Below, in pieces: positions 9,426 to 19,397 of a stretch of DNA of 64,000 nt. The notes under the pieces are model-generated. The model was not told the DNA's origin. It ran no database searches and worked only from the letters and a program-made list of their open reading frames with translations. Position 1 is the first letter of the stretch. Every line of letters begins with the position of its first letter. The stretch is from Dehalococcoidia bacterium (GTDB taxonomy: Bacteria > Chloroflexota > Dehalococcoidia > Lucifugimonadales > UBA6952), in contig JBJKVQ010000018.1 of the NCBI GenBank assembly GCA_045562575.1, forward strand, positions 17,895-81,894. Direction: 5' to 3'. Both the position numbers and the translations under genes were made by a program.

Positions 9426-10613
9426 GTGGCTAAAGAAAAATTTGAAAGAAATAAGCCTCATCTTAATGTAGGTACTATTGGTCACGTTGACCATGGTAAA
9501 ACAACATTAACTGCAGCTATTACAAGTGTATTAGCAAAACATAGCGACGGAACAGCATTTAGAGCATTTGATACAATCGATAATGCTCCTGAAGAGCGAG
9601 CTCGTGGTGTAACGATAGCTATTTCGCATATCGAATATGAAACAGAGTCTAGACACTATGCTCACGTTGATTGTCCTGGGCACGCTGACTATATCAAAAA
9701 CATGATTACCGGTGCAGCTCAAATGGATGGAGGAATCCTTGTAGTTAGTGCTCCAGATGGTCCTATGCCTCAAACTAGAGAGCATATTCTTTTAGCTAGA
9801 CAGGTAGAAGTTCCAAAAATTGTTGTAGCATTGAATAAGTGCGATGTTATGGATGATGAAGAATTATTAGAATTAGTTGAATTAGAAGTTAGAGAACTTC
9901 TTACCAGTTATGGTTTTCCTGGAGATGATATTCCAGTAGTAAGAGTTTCTGCGTTAACCGCTTTGGATGGAGATGCTGATGCTGAACAAGGAATTCTTAA
10001 TTTGATGCAGGCTGTTGATGACTACATTGACGTACCTGAACGACCTAAAGATCAACCGTTCCTAATGCCTGTAGAAGACGTATTTGGTATTAAGGGTAGA
10101 GGTACTGTAGTTACTGGTAGAGTTGAACGAGGATTAGTTCATCCAAGTGATGAAATTGAAATTGTTGGTGTTGAAGACACAAAGAAAACTGTTGTAACTG
10201 GTGTTGAAATGTTTCATAAATTATTAGATGAAGCTGAACCTGGTGATGCTGTGGGGTGTCTACTAAGAGGTGTCGATCGTGAAGATGTTGTTAGAGGTCA
10301 AGTACTGGCAGCTCCAGGATCAATACAACCAAAAACTGAATTTAACAGCGAGGTATATATTCTTAGTAAAGACGAAGGAGGTAGACATACACCTTTCTTT
10401 ACTGGTTATAAACCTCAATTTTACATTAGAACTACAGATGTTACTGGGGAACTAAACCTACCAGATGGTATGGAAATGGTTATGCCTGGTGATAATGTGA
10501 AAATGAGAATTAAACTTATTTATCCAATTGCTATGGAACCAGGCTTACGTTTTGCTATACGAGAAGGTGGCCGTACTGTAGGATCTGGAGTAATAACAGA
10601 TATCATAGGATAG
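9426..10613 (+). CDS. tuf: Elongation factor Tu
   Basis: GTG start after AGGAGG. Motifs [18 protein letters not shown] and NKCD. Confidence 0.97.
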   Translation: MAKEKFERNKPHLNVGTIGHVDHGKTTLTAAITSVLAKHSDGTAFRAFDTIDNAPEERARGVTIAISHIEYETESRHYAHVDCPGHADYIKNMITGAAQMDGGILVVSAPDGPMPQTREHILLARQVEVPKIVVALNKCDVMDDEELLELVELEVRELLTSYGFPGDDIPVVRVSALTALDGDADAEQGILNLMQAVDDYIDVPERPKDQPFLMPVEDVFGIKGRGTVVTGRVERGLVHPSDEIEIVGVEDTKKTVVTGVEMFHKLLDEAEPGDAVGCLLRGVDREDVVRGQVLAAPGSIQPKTEFNSEVYILSKDEGGRHTPFFTGYKPQFYIRTTDVTGELNLPDGMEMVMPGDNVKMRIKLIYPIAMEPGLRFAIREGGRTVGSGVITDIIG

Positions 10614-10620
10614 GTAAATC

Positions 10621-10791
10621 ATGGCTAAAAAAGGTGGAGAAGCACGTACTCTAATAACTTTAGGTTGTACTGAGTGTCGTGATAGGACATATTCAACTTC
10701 AAAAAATAGAAGAAATGATCCAAATAGGATTGAGATGAGAAAGTATTGTCCTCGCTGTCGATCCCATCAATTGTATCGAGAGGCTAGATAG
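10621..10791 (+). CDS. rpmG: 50S ribosomal protein L33 (Cys-containing C+ form)
   Basis: 56-aa ORF, below the track cutoff: [56 protein letters not shown]. It has CxxC...CxxC and sits in the conserved position between tuf and secE. Confidence 0.9.
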   Translation: MAKKGGEARTLITLGCTECRDRTYSTSKNRRNDPNRIEMRKYCPRCRSHQLYREAR

Positions 10792-10793
10792 AA

Positions 10794-11039
10794 GTGGCAA
10801 AAAATGCTGTAAAAAGTGCTATTAGAAACTCTCCAACAAAATCGAGAGGTCCCAGATTTGGGGTATTCAGTTTTTTTGGAGAAGTATTTGGTGAGATGAA
10901 AAAAGTTACTTGGCCATCACGCGAAGAAACAACTCGCCTTACTATACTAGTACTTGCTGTATCTATTGCAATTGGTGCAATGTTAGGAGTACTCGATTTA
11001 CTTTTCACTACTGTTTCAGATGAAGTTCTTTTTACGTAG
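10794..11039 (+). CDS. secE: Preprotein translocase subunit SecE
   Basis: 81 aa with KVTWPSREE followed by a single TM helix. Conserved position upstream of nusG. Confidence 0.85.
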   Translation: MAKNAVKSAIRNSPTKSRGPRFGVFSFFGEVFGEMKKVTWPSREETTRLTILVLAVSIAIGAMLGVLDLLFTTVSDEVLFT

Positions 11040-11064
11040 TAATTATTAAAAGATAGAATAATAA

Positions 11065-11655
11065 ATGAACGATATAACAGACAATCAAATAGAAGAATCT
11101 ACCGAAGTTGATGATGGTCGAAGATGGTATTTTGTCCATACGTATTCTGGTCAAGAAGAACGTGTTAAGCGCAACTTAGAACAACGTATCGAAACTATGG
11201 ATGTGGAAAACAAGATATTTCAAGTTCTTGTTCCAACTGAAGAAGTTGTTGAAATTCGTGAAGGTAAAAAAATACCAAAAAGATTACGTTTATATCCCGG
11301 TTATATAATGGTTAATATGGCATTAGATGATGATGCATGGTTTGTTGTTCGTAACACTCCTGGTGTAACAGGGTTTATTTCTTCTGAAGATTCAGATCAA
11401 AACCGACCGAAACCTGTACCATTAGAAAAATGGGAAGTAGATAAAATTCTTGACATGATTGAATCAAAAACTCCTACAACAAGATTTGGTATAGCTAAAG
11501 GGGAATCAGTCAGAATTACTGTAGGACCTTTTGCTGATTTTATAGGAGTTGTTGATGTTATAGATATGGATAAAGGGAAACTAAATGTTTTAGTTTCATT
11601 CTTTGGTCGAGAAACCCCTGTAGAATTAGATTTTCTACAGGTCGAAAAATTGTAG
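11065..11655 (+). CDS. nusG: Transcription termination/antitermination factor NusG
   Basis: NGN domain (WYFVHTYSGQEERVK) and KOW domain (GESVRITVGPFADFIGVV). Confidence 0.93.
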   Translation: MNDITDNQIEESTEVDDGRRWYFVHTYSGQEERVKRNLEQRIETMDVENKIFQVLVPTEEVVEIREGKKIPKRLRLYPGYIMVNMALDDDAWFVVRNTPGVTGFISSEDSDQNRPKPVPLEKWEVDKILDMIESKTPTTRFGIAKGESVRITVGPFADFIGVVDVIDMDKGKLNVLVSFFGRETPVELDFLQVEKL

Positions 11656-11682
11656 TATAGATTTAATAAATAGGATTATAAA

Positions 11683-12108
11683 ATGGCACAAAAAATATTA
11701 GCTTTAATTAATTTGCAATTACCTGCAGGTCAGGCAACTCCAGCACCACCAGTTGGACCAGCTTTAGGTCAACATGGTGTCAATATTATGGCATTTGTGA
11801 AGGAATATAATGCTAAAACTGCTTCTCAAGGTGGAACTATTATTCCAGCACAAATTACAGTTTATGAAGATAGATCCTTTAGTTTCATTACTAAGACTCC
11901 ACCTGCTTCTGAACTTTTGAGAAAAGCTGCTAAAGTAACTAAAGGTAGTGCTTCCCCAAGAACTGATAAAGTTGCATCTCTATCTAGATCTGCAATAAAA
12001 GAGATAGCCGAAAGCAAAATGGCAGATTTAAATGCTGCTGATATTGAAGCAGCAATGAAAATAGTGGAAGGATCCGCTAGAAGTATGGGAATTGAGGTTC
12101 GTGAATAA
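11683..12108 (+). CDS. rplK: 50S ribosomal protein L11
   Basis: [32 protein letters not shown] is the canonical L11 N-terminus. Confidence 0.96.
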   Translation: MAQKILALINLQLPAGQATPAPPVGPALGQHGVNIMAFVKEYNAKTASQGGTIIPAQITVYEDRSFSFITKTPPASELLRKAAKVTKGSASPRTDKVASLSRSAIKEIAESKMADLNAADIEAAMKIVEGSARSMGIEVRE

Positions 12109-12110
12109 TT

Positions 12111-12821
12111 ATGGCAAAACAAAGTAAAAGATATACAACAGCCCAATCTACAATTGATATTGAAAAACTTTACAATATCGAAGAAGCAGTAGGTCTTGTT
12201 AAATCAAGTGCTACAGCTAAGTTTGATGAGACTGTAGAATTGCATGTCAAAACAAATGCTGACACTAGACATGCCGAACAACTAGTACGTGGAGTGGTTT
12301 TATTACCTCATGGCTTAGGGAAAATTGTGAAAGTATTAGTTTTTGCACAAGCCGATGGAGCTATTTCGGCAAAAGATGCTGGTGCTGACTTTGTAGGTGC
12401 AGATGATCTTATTGAAAATATTGAAAAGGGTTGGTTAGACTTTGATACAGTTATATCAACACCTGAAATGATGGGTAAAGTAGGCAAGTTAGGTAGAATA
12501 TTAGGTCGTAAAGGGCTTATGCCTAACCCAAGAACTGGGACAGTTGTACAATCTCAAGATATAGCTAGAGCTGTAGATGAAGCAAAAAAAGGTAGAGTAG
12601 AAGTAAAAATGGATAGAACTGCTGTTATACATGTGGCTTTTGGTAAAGCTAGTTTTGAAGAATCTAAGTTAGTTGATAACTTAAACTCAGTTATGGATAT
12701 GATAAGTCGTTCACGACCTTCTGCAGTTAAAGGGCAGTTTTTGAAGTCAGCATACCTTACTAGTACTATGGGACCAAGTATTGCTCTTGATGTAACAGAT
12801 TTATCTGCTGTTAGGGAGTAA
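12111..12821 (+). CDS. rplA: 50S ribosomal protein L1
   Basis: 236 aa with FDETVELHVKTN...GLMPNPRTGTV. Confidence 0.95.
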   Translation: MAKQSKRYTTAQSTIDIEKLYNIEEAVGLVKSSATAKFDETVELHVKTNADTRHAEQLVRGVVLLPHGLGKIVKVLVFAQADGAISAKDAGADFVGADDLIENIEKGWLDFDTVISTPEMMGKVGKLGRILGRKGLMPNPRTGTVVQSQDIARAVDEAKKGRVEVKMDRTAVIHVAFGKASFEESKLVDNLNSVMDMISRSRPSAVKGQFLKSAYLTSTMGPSIALDVTDLSAVRE

Positions 12822-12877
12822 TCTAGACTTATTTAATTTAACAGTATATACTGATCTTGTTTTAAAAATTTAATAAA

Positions 12878-12973
12878 TGCCAAAGACAGTGAGTGCTTTC
12901 TAAGCTTAATTTCTCACCGAGGTTAAATGTAAGTTCATTTGTCTGTGGCTATTTGGTTACAGACTTTTTTTTT
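12878..12973 (+). promoter_or_regulatory. rplJ (L10) leader with a terminator-like attenuator hairpin
   Basis: 162-nt untranslated gap between rplA and rplJ. It has an internal helix GTGAG(12889-93)/CTCAC(12913-17), then hairpin GTCTGT(12941-46)/ACAGAC(12959-64) followed by nine T (12965-12973), just upstream of the rplJ RBS. Confidence 0.5.
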
Positions 12974-12983
12974 GAGGTGATTT

Positions 12984-13517
12984 ATGCCAACAGTTAAAAA
13001 AATAGATACGGTTGAAAAACTAACTGAAGATTTTAAAACCAGTAACGTAGCAATATCTACAAAAGTTACAGGCCTATCAGTTAATCAACTAACTTCACTT
13101 CGTGCTCATTTGAGAACAAATGGTTTGAGTTACAAAGTGATTAAGAATACCTTAGCAAATATAGCGGCAGAAAATGCCGGAAAACCAGAATTTAAGGAAT
13201 TATTAGATGGCCCAACTGGATTAGTTATAGGAGATGGGGATCCGATTGAATCCTTAAAACTTTTGGTTTCATTTGTTAAAAGTAATGATATAGATTTATC
13301 TGTTTTTGCTATTGCAATGGACGGACAAACTTATGATTCTTCTCATGTTAATACACTAGTAAAGTTACCATCTCGTATTGAATTATTATCTAAACTTGTA
13401 GGTATGTTAGCGTCTCAACCGCAGCGCTTAGTAACTGCACTAGCTGGACCTTCAACATCGATCGTTACAATTTTATCAAACGTCTTGAAACAAAAACAAA
13501 TAGAAGAAAATAATTAA
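12984..13517 (+). CDS. rplJ: 50S ribosomal protein L10
   Basis: 177 aa in the conserved position. Contains LRAHLRTNGLSYKVIKNTL. Confidence 0.93.
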   Translation: MPTVKKIDTVEKLTEDFKTSNVAISTKVTGLSVNQLTSLRAHLRTNGLSYKVIKNTLANIAAENAGKPEFKELLDGPTGLVIGDGDPIESLKLLVSFVKSNDIDLSVFAIAMDGQTYDSSHVNTLVKLPSRIELLSKLVGMLASQPQRLVTALAGPSTSIVTILSNVLKQKQIEENN

Positions 13518-13542
13518 TTAGATTAACAATCGGAGGAAAAAA

Positions 13543-13926
13543 ATGACTAAAGAAGAAATATTAGAAAGTATTAAAGGACTAACTGTTTTAGAGTTGTCAG
13601 ATCTAGTCAAAGCTCTTGAAGAAGAGTTTGGTGTTTCTGCTGCTCCTGTTGCTGTTGCTGCTGCACCAGTTGCTGCTGGAGACGATACTTCCGCTGGAGA
13701 TGGTGGAGGAGAAAGCACTAGCTTTAAAGTAAGTATTACAGAAATTGGCGATCAGAAAATCAATGTAATCAAGGCGGTAAGAGAAGTTACCACCTTGGGT
13801 TTGAAAGAAGCAAAAGATTTAGTTGAATCCGCACCTGCTGCTATTAAGGAAGATGCAAGTAAAGACGAAGCTGATGACATCAAAGCTAAGCTCGAAGAAG
13901 CTGGAGCAACAGTAACTGTAGAATAA
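13543..13926 (+). CDS. rplL: 50S ribosomal protein L7/L12
   Basis: The N-terminus [28 protein letters not shown], an Ala/Gly hinge and the C-terminus [24 protein letters not shown]. Confidence 0.96.
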   Translation: MTKEEILESIKGLTVLELSDLVKALEEEFGVSAAPVAVAAAPVAAGDDTSAGDGGGESTSFKVSITEIGDQKINVIKAVREVTTLGLKEAKDLVESAPAAIKEDASKDEADDIKAKLEEAGATVTVE

Positions 13927-13951
13927 CAACTAAATTATATTAAGGTCTATT

Positions 13952-15370
13952 ATGGAACCTAAATGGATGGTGTTTATAATAGTATCCTTTGGAATGTTTG
14001 CTACTACTTTAGAAGGAACTATTGTTTTAGTTGTGTATCCTGTTATTTCTGATTTTTTTAACACAAATGCATCTACTGCTGCATGGATTGGAATAGGGTA
14101 CTTTCTCACATCTTGTAGTTTACTTATGACAATGGGATGGCTTTGTGATTTGTGGGGTGGTAAAAGAGTTTATATTTACGGGACTATTATTTTTACCGTA
14201 ACATTATTTTTAATTTCTTTTTCTCAAAATATTTATCACATTGTACTTCTAAGAAGTCTACAGGGAATTGGCGCTGCTATGGTTATATCAAGTAGCACAG
14301 CACTGATTGCTTCTCATTTTTCTAGAGAAGAACGAGGTAAAGTGTTTGGTTTGTCAGGAGCTGTTGTTGGACTTGGATTAGGATTAGGACCGCTCATAGG
14401 TGGATTATTAATTGATTTTATAGACTGGAAAGCAGTTTTTTATACACGCGTGCCCCTATCAATTATATGCCTTCTTTTATCAGTAAAAATTATTGATCAA
14501 AATATTACAAAAAAAGAAATCAAGCTTGATTTATTAGGTTCTTTATATTTATTTATATTGTTGGGTAGCTTACTGTTTGTAATAAGTCAGATTAATATAT
14601 TAGGATATTTGTCACCGCTAATAATAGTTAGTTTGATATTATTTCTTATATTTACACCCATATTTATTTATCAAGAAACTCATTCCGAATTCCCTGTTGT
14701 TCAAATAAATATGTTCAAAAATCCAACATTTTTAGTTTCAATTGTTACTTTATTATTAATATATCAATCTTGGAATACTATTGGATATATTACTCCTTTT
14801 GTAACTACATATGGAATGGGGTATAGTATTGTTTTTTCTGGCTTCTTATTAAGTATCTTTTCATTAGTCCGAGTTGCAGTAGCACCTGTAGCTGGATGGT
14901 TAACTGATATTATTGGATCTAAAATCTTAATTTTCCTAAGTGTAGTATTATTGATTATTAGTTTAATTTTATTATCATTTGCCACAATGTATGGTGAATC
15001 CTTGGAAATAGGTTTGGTTTTAGCATTAGCTAGTATTGCATTTGCCCTTTTTGATCCCGCTAACAATACTGCTGTGGTTAACTCTGTACCACAAGATCGT
15101 ATGGGTATGGCTGCTGCTTCTATTGCTACTGCTCGACAGACAGGTTTAGCTATAGGTATAGCTTTTTCTAGTGGTGTTTTTGGATCTAGATTAGCTCATT
15201 ATAATGAATCTTCTATTCAAAATGCTCAGGTTGAAAATATAAATTCTGATTTTGTATTATTAGCAGCTAATGACACTATAATGCTAAGTGCCGCTGTATG
15301 CGCTTTAACACTCTTTGTATTTATATTTTGGATAAAAGGGAGTCTATCAAATATTTTTCACTCTTCTTAA
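13952..15370 (+). CDS. MFS transporter (drug:H+ antiporter-like, about 14 TM segments)
   Basis: 472-aa polytopic membrane protein with an MFS-like motif (LLRSLQGIGAAM). Confidence 0.8.
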   Translation: MEPKWMVFIIVSFGMFATTLEGTIVLVVYPVISDFFNTNASTAAWIGIGYFLTSCSLLMTMGWLCDLWGGKRVYIYGTIIFTVTLFLISFSQNIYHIVLLRSLQGIGAAMVISSSTALIASHFSREERGKVFGLSGAVVGLGLGLGPLIGGLLIDFIDWKAVFYTRVPLSIICLLLSVKIIDQNITKKEIKLDLLGSLYLFILLGSLLFVISQINILGYLSPLIIVSLILFLIFTPIFIYQETHSEFPVVQINMFKNPTFLVSIVTLLLIYQSWNTIGYITPFVTTYGMGYSIVFSGFLLSIFSLVRVAVAPVAGWLTDIIGSKILIFLSVVLLIISLILLSFATMYGESLEIGLVLALASIAFALFDPANNTAVVNSVPQDRMGMAAASIATARQTGLAIGIAFSSGVFGSRLAHYNESSIQNAQVENINSDFVLLAANDTIMLSAAVCALTLFVFIFWIKGSLSNIFHSS

Positions 15371-15781
15371 AGGCCATAATTTCGAAATAACCTTATATTT
15401 TATCCAGTCAACATTTACCGGCCCAAAGTTTTTGCTGTCATAACTATCTTTCATATTGTCTCCGAGTACAAAGAATTGATTTTGATCATTGTACCATTTA
15501 GATGCACTCAATTTTTTAATATCAACATTATGTGTCATATGTTTTTCCCCATCAATTATAATTTGTGAATCAGTAAATTCAATGAATTCCGATGGTAATC
15601 CTATAATCCTCTTTATATATAACTTTTTAGGATTTGATGGAAGGTTAAAACAAATCAAATTGTTTCTAGATAGTTTCAAAGAATATTTTGCCAGTACTAT
15701 ATCATTAGTATTTAGACAAGGTGACATACTTTGTCCATCTATTTTAAGTATTTTGAATTGTAAATATTTGTAAATATTCAA
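15347..15781 (-). CDS. sodX: Ni-SOD maturation protease SodX (S26 signal-peptidase family)
   Basis: 144 aa with the catalytic-Ser motif GQSMSPCL and later GDN. It lies divergently adjacent to sodN, the canonical arrangement. Confidence 0.8.
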   Translation of the reverse strand: MNIYKYLQFKILKIDGQSMSPCLNTNDIVLAKYSLKLSRNNLICFNLPSNPKKLYIKRIIGLPSEFIEFTDSQIIIDGEKHMTHNVDIKKLSASKWYNDQNQFFVLGDNMKDSYDSKNFGPVNVDWIKYKVISKLWPLRRVKNI

Positions 15782-15919
15782 GATAAAATTAACTTTTTTT
15801 CAATTCCTTAGCAATATGAATAATATTCAATAAATTGGTTTTTTGACAAGTTGATTAACCATCAGAGTTAGGGTAATCTAGTTATATATTTACTTTATCT
15901 CATTATTTTAGGAGTGTGA

Positions 15920-16414
15920 ATGTTGATTTCTAAGAAGTTAATAGAATTTACAAAAATAGAAACTGCTTTTGCTCATTGTGACGTACCATGTGGAATATAT
16001 GATCCACATTTGGCGCAAGTTGCAGCTTTGACTACTATGCGAATGATACAATTAATTGGATCTGCAGAAGTGCCATCTACTGATTCAGACAGAACAAATT
16101 ATGTTTCGCAATTAAGTAGGTATGTTTCAACCAAAGAAGAACATGCCGAATTATGCAAAAAAGAGATTCGTATCCTTTGGGCTGATTATTTTAGACCTGA
16201 ACATATAGAAAAATATCCCGAATTACACGATACAGTATTTAATGCACTGAAAACGGCATCAAAGGTCAGACAGACTAATGATTCCCAGGCTCCACAAGAT
16301 TTACTAAATGCTGTGAATCAAATAGCCACTATCTTTTGGGCTACCAAGGATGTTGAAACCTCAGTACAACCTTCCAGACAAGCAGTTGGTGGAGAGTTAG
16401 TACTACCTGCATAA
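15920..16414 (+). CDS. sodN: Nickel-containing superoxide dismutase precursor
   Basis: The Ni-hook HCDVPCGIYDP follows an 18-residue leader (MLISKKLIEFTKIETAFA). RBS AGGAG lies upstream. Confidence 0.92.
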   Translation: MLISKKLIEFTKIETAFAHCDVPCGIYDPHLAQVAALTTMRMIQLIGSAEVPSTDSDRTNYVSQLSRYVSTKEEHAELCKKEIRILWADYFRPEHIEKYPELHDTVFNALKTASKVRQTNDSQAPQDLLNAVNQIATIFWATKDVETSVQPSRQAVGGELVLPA

Positions 16415-16440
16415 AAAAGAAATCAATATAATTAAACCAA

Positions 16441-16480
16441 AAACTGGCTATCAGATACTTTTGTGGCCAGTTTTTGTTTT
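16441..16480 (+). terminator. Rho-independent terminator after sodN
   Basis: Stem AAACTGGC/GCCAGTTT around a 17-nt loop (16449-16465), followed by TTTTTGTTTT. Confidence 0.7.
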
Positions 16481-16506
16481 GGATAATAATTTAGTTGGAG
16501 GTTAAT

Positions 16507-17508
16507 ATGGACAATGTTAGAGTAGGGTATATTGGTGCTGGTAATTTTAGTCGAAATAAAATACTTCCAAACTTTAAAGCCCTTGATAATGTCGATTTAG
16601 TCGCAGTCTCAAATAGTTCTGAAGAATCTAGTCTAAAAGTACAAGAACAATTTGGGTTTTCAAGGATTGAACAAAACTGGAATCATATTTTAGAATCAAA
16701 CGATATTGATGCTGTAGTAATAGGTACTCGAACAGATAAACATTATGAAATAGCCATACCAGCTTTGAAAGCAGGTAAACATGTACTAGTTCTTAATGCT
16801 ATGACAAGGACTGTTACAGAGGCTAAAGAAATGCTTGGTGTTGCAAATGAAAACCCACATTTGGTTTCATTGATTTATCCTGGGCAATTTTACGTACAGG
16901 AAGATGCAATTTTTAAACGTATTTTAGATTCTGGGGAAATTGGGAAAATCCAACATATAATTGATTATTGGTATACACCTTTCTTTGGTTTAGGTAGTCA
17001 ATTTGAAGTTATTAATAGGATTTTTGGAAATCAAATTAGGCTTTTTGCTAATCGGACAAGTTTCCAACAAGAGTCAGCTAGTACAGATCACCATGGTAGA
17101 TCTGTACGTCCTGAAACTAATACTGTATTAGCACAAAGAGAAGATGGATCTTTAGTAACATATTTTCATTCAACTGTTGCAGGATCAGCACAACATAGCA
17201 GGATAGAAGTTTATGGGAGTGAAGGGGTAATAATATGTGGATCATTCCAAGATCAATCCTACATAAAAATAGGTAAATCCCAGGATAAAAAGTTGGAGGA
17301 TGTTGTAATTGAGGCAGATTTAAAACCTTTATGGGATAATGGGGATAGTATACTTGTAGAAAAGAATTTCATTGATGCAATTACAGGGAATCAAAACCCT
17401 TCTAGTTCGATTCCTGTATTCAGTGATGGTCTTAAATTATTACAATTTGCTACCGCTTGGAAAGAATCTAATGATAATGGTATATGGGTTGATTTACCAA
17501 ATCAATAA
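16507..17508 (+). CDS. Gfo/Idh/MocA family NAD(P)-dependent oxidoreductase
   Basis: Rossmann N-terminus VRVGYIGAGNFSRNKILPNF. I prefer the ATG at 16507 (GGAGG at 16497-16501) to the TTG at 16495. Confidence 0.82.
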   Translation: MDNVRVGYIGAGNFSRNKILPNFKALDNVDLVAVSNSSEESSLKVQEQFGFSRIEQNWNHILESNDIDAVVIGTRTDKHYEIAIPALKAGKHVLVLNAMTRTVTEAKEMLGVANENPHLVSLIYPGQFYVQEDAIFKRILDSGEIGKIQHIIDYWYTPFFGLGSQFEVINRIFGNQIRLFANRTSFQQESASTDHHGRSVRPETNTVLAQREDGSLVTYFHSTVAGSAQHSRIEVYGSEGVIICGSFQDQSYIKIGKSQDKKLEDVVIEADLKPLWDNGDSILVEKNFIDAITGNQNPSSSIPVFSDGLKLLQFATAWKESNDNGIWVDLPNQ

Positions 17509-17517
17509 TTAAAAAAT

Positions 17518-19251
17518 ATGCTTAAATTATTAAGAATAAAAAATTTAGCCAACATTTCTTCCATAGATCTTGAGTTTGGAACAGGCTTTAATGTCTTAAC
17601 TGGTCAAACAGGTATAGGTAAATCTATAATAGTCCATGCTTTAGAATTAATAGCTGGATCAAGAGTAGATTCAAACCTAGTTAAATCAGGCCAAGATTCA
17701 GCAGTAATTCAAGCTATTTTTGAACTTGATGAATCTTTATTAATACCTATCATGAAAATTCTATCTTCTATAGGGGTTAACTATATTTCGACAGATAATT
17801 TAATCATTTCAAGGGAATTAAATCGAGAAAATAGAAATATATGTAGAATAAACGGAGATATTATTCCGTTACGATCGCTTAAACAAATTTCTGAACTATT
17901 ATTAGATATTCATGGACAATCTGATCATTTGTCAATATTAAAAACAAGTAATCAACTAGATTTGTTGGATACATATGCAGGTTTACTACATGAAAGAGAT
18001 AATATTGAAAAAATATATCTAGAACTCAATGAGTGCTATAAAGATCTGGATAATTTTTTCTATGAGGTTGATATATCAGAAGAATCTCTTCTGGAATTAA
18101 GGGAACAATATCAAGAAATCCAAAATACCAATTTATTAGAAAATGAAGATTCTATGCTTATCGATGAACAAAAAGAAATAAAAAATTTAGAATCTTTAAA
18201 AATGTTATCTGATGAAGGATTTAAAATTATTTATGGTGACGATGAAGGTAATAATTCATATTTAAACCAAATTAGTCAACTTGCTGGTGAGATTAATGCA
18301 CTTCATTTAGATGATTCTGAGTTGAATGAATTACAAAATCGTTTACTTTATATAACAAGTGAATTAGAGGATTTAGGTACTTCTTTTAGAAGATATAGAG
18401 ATAATCTCCAATATTCTGACAATCGATTATCTGAAATTGAAGAACGTTTATCTTTAATTTTTAAATTAAAAAGACGATTTGGAAATGAAATTTCTGAAAT
18501 ACTTCATTTCGCACAATCTCTAAAATTAAAATTAGATATGATTGATGAAAAAAACAATTTTATTATTGAAAAAAAAGATACTATTGCAAACCTAGAAAAA
18601 GAAATTATGTTAATTTCATTAAAAATTTCTAATACCAGGGCTAAAGTAGCAACAAAATTAACAAAAGCATTACATACAGAACTTAGTGACTTATCTATGA
18701 AAACTACACGCATAGAAGTGTCAATTGATGACCTAACATATCAAATTAATAACAATATAGAAGTATCTGATGAAAATGGTAATACCACTGTGGTTTCACG
18801 AACTGGTAAAGATAAAATAGAGTTTTTAATGGCTGAAGGGAATAATCCGTTTTTGACACTAAATAGTATAGTTTCAGGAGGAGAAGCTTCTCGGGTCATG
18901 TTGGGACTAAGAATCATTTTATCGGATATTGATAAAATTCCTCTTATTGTATTTGATGAAATTGATTCAGGTGTTGGAGGCCGTTTGGGGTTTATGTTAG
19001 GTACAAAATTTATAAAACTAAGTAAAGATAGACAGGTTTTTTGTATAACACATCTCCCGCAAGTTGCCTCATTTGCAGATCATCATATTAGATTAAAACG
19101 CATTGATGATCATGATTCTTTTGAGATAGAAGCAGAAATTCTTAATGACTCGTCTAGAATTGAGGAGATTTCTTCAATGTTGGGAAATACAGGTACTCAA
19201 AGTAGAAAAAGTGCTGTAGAGATGTTAGAACTTGCTCACAAAAACAAATAA
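17518..19251 (+). CDS. recN: DNA repair protein RecN
   Basis: 577 aa with an SMC-like N-terminal Walker A (LTGQTGIGKS), a long coiled coil, the C-terminal signature SGGEASRVMLGL and Walker B VFDEIDSG. Confidence 0.92.
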   Translation: MLKLLRIKNLANISSIDLEFGTGFNVLTGQTGIGKSIIVHALELIAGSRVDSNLVKSGQDSAVIQAIFELDESLLIPIMKILSSIGVNYISTDNLIISRELNRENRNICRINGDIIPLRSLKQISELLLDIHGQSDHLSILKTSNQLDLLDTYAGLLHERDNIEKIYLELNECYKDLDNFFYEVDISEESLLELREQYQEIQNTNLLENEDSMLIDEQKEIKNLESLKMLSDEGFKIIYGDDEGNNSYLNQISQLAGEINALHLDDSELNELQNRLLYITSELEDLGTSFRRYRDNLQYSDNRLSEIEERLSLIFKLKRRFGNEISEILHFAQSLKLKLDMIDEKNNFIIEKKDTIANLEKEIMLISLKISNTRAKVATKLTKALHTELSDLSMKTTRIEVSIDDLTYQINNNIEVSDENGNTTVVSRTGKDKIEFLMAEGNNPFLTLNSIVSGGEASRVMLGLRIILSDIDKIPLIVFDEIDSGVGGRLGFMLGTKFIKLSKDRQVFCITHLPQVASFADHHIRLKRIDDHDSFEIEAEILNDSSRIEEISSMLGNTGTQSRKSAVEMLELAHKNK

Positions 19252-19353
19252 CTGGGTAATAAGATATCGATAAAATCTTTAAATCGCATAGAAATAACCT
19301 ATTTAGGGTTTCTATCTATTGAAGCTATAATACGAGTAAGTTATTCTTTTCAC

Positions 19354-19383
19354 AAAGTATACTATAATAAAGTATACTATAAT
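19354..19383 (+). promoter_or_regulatory. Perfect tandem 15-bp repeat (AAAGTATACTATAAT x2) upstream of pntAA
   Basis: The copies at 19354-19368 and 19369-19383 are identical. Each contains the palindrome AGTATACT and a TATAAT hexamer. The second TATAAT ends 14 nt before the pntAA ATG. Confidence 0.6.
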
Positions 19384-19397
19384 TATGTTGGAAATTT

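Noticed and set aside
19288-19315. Hairpin ATAGAAA-N14-TTTCTAT after recN, considered as an intrinsic terminator.
   Set aside because: The stem is only 7 AT-rich base pairs with a large loop and no following T-run, so the support is too weak to annotate.
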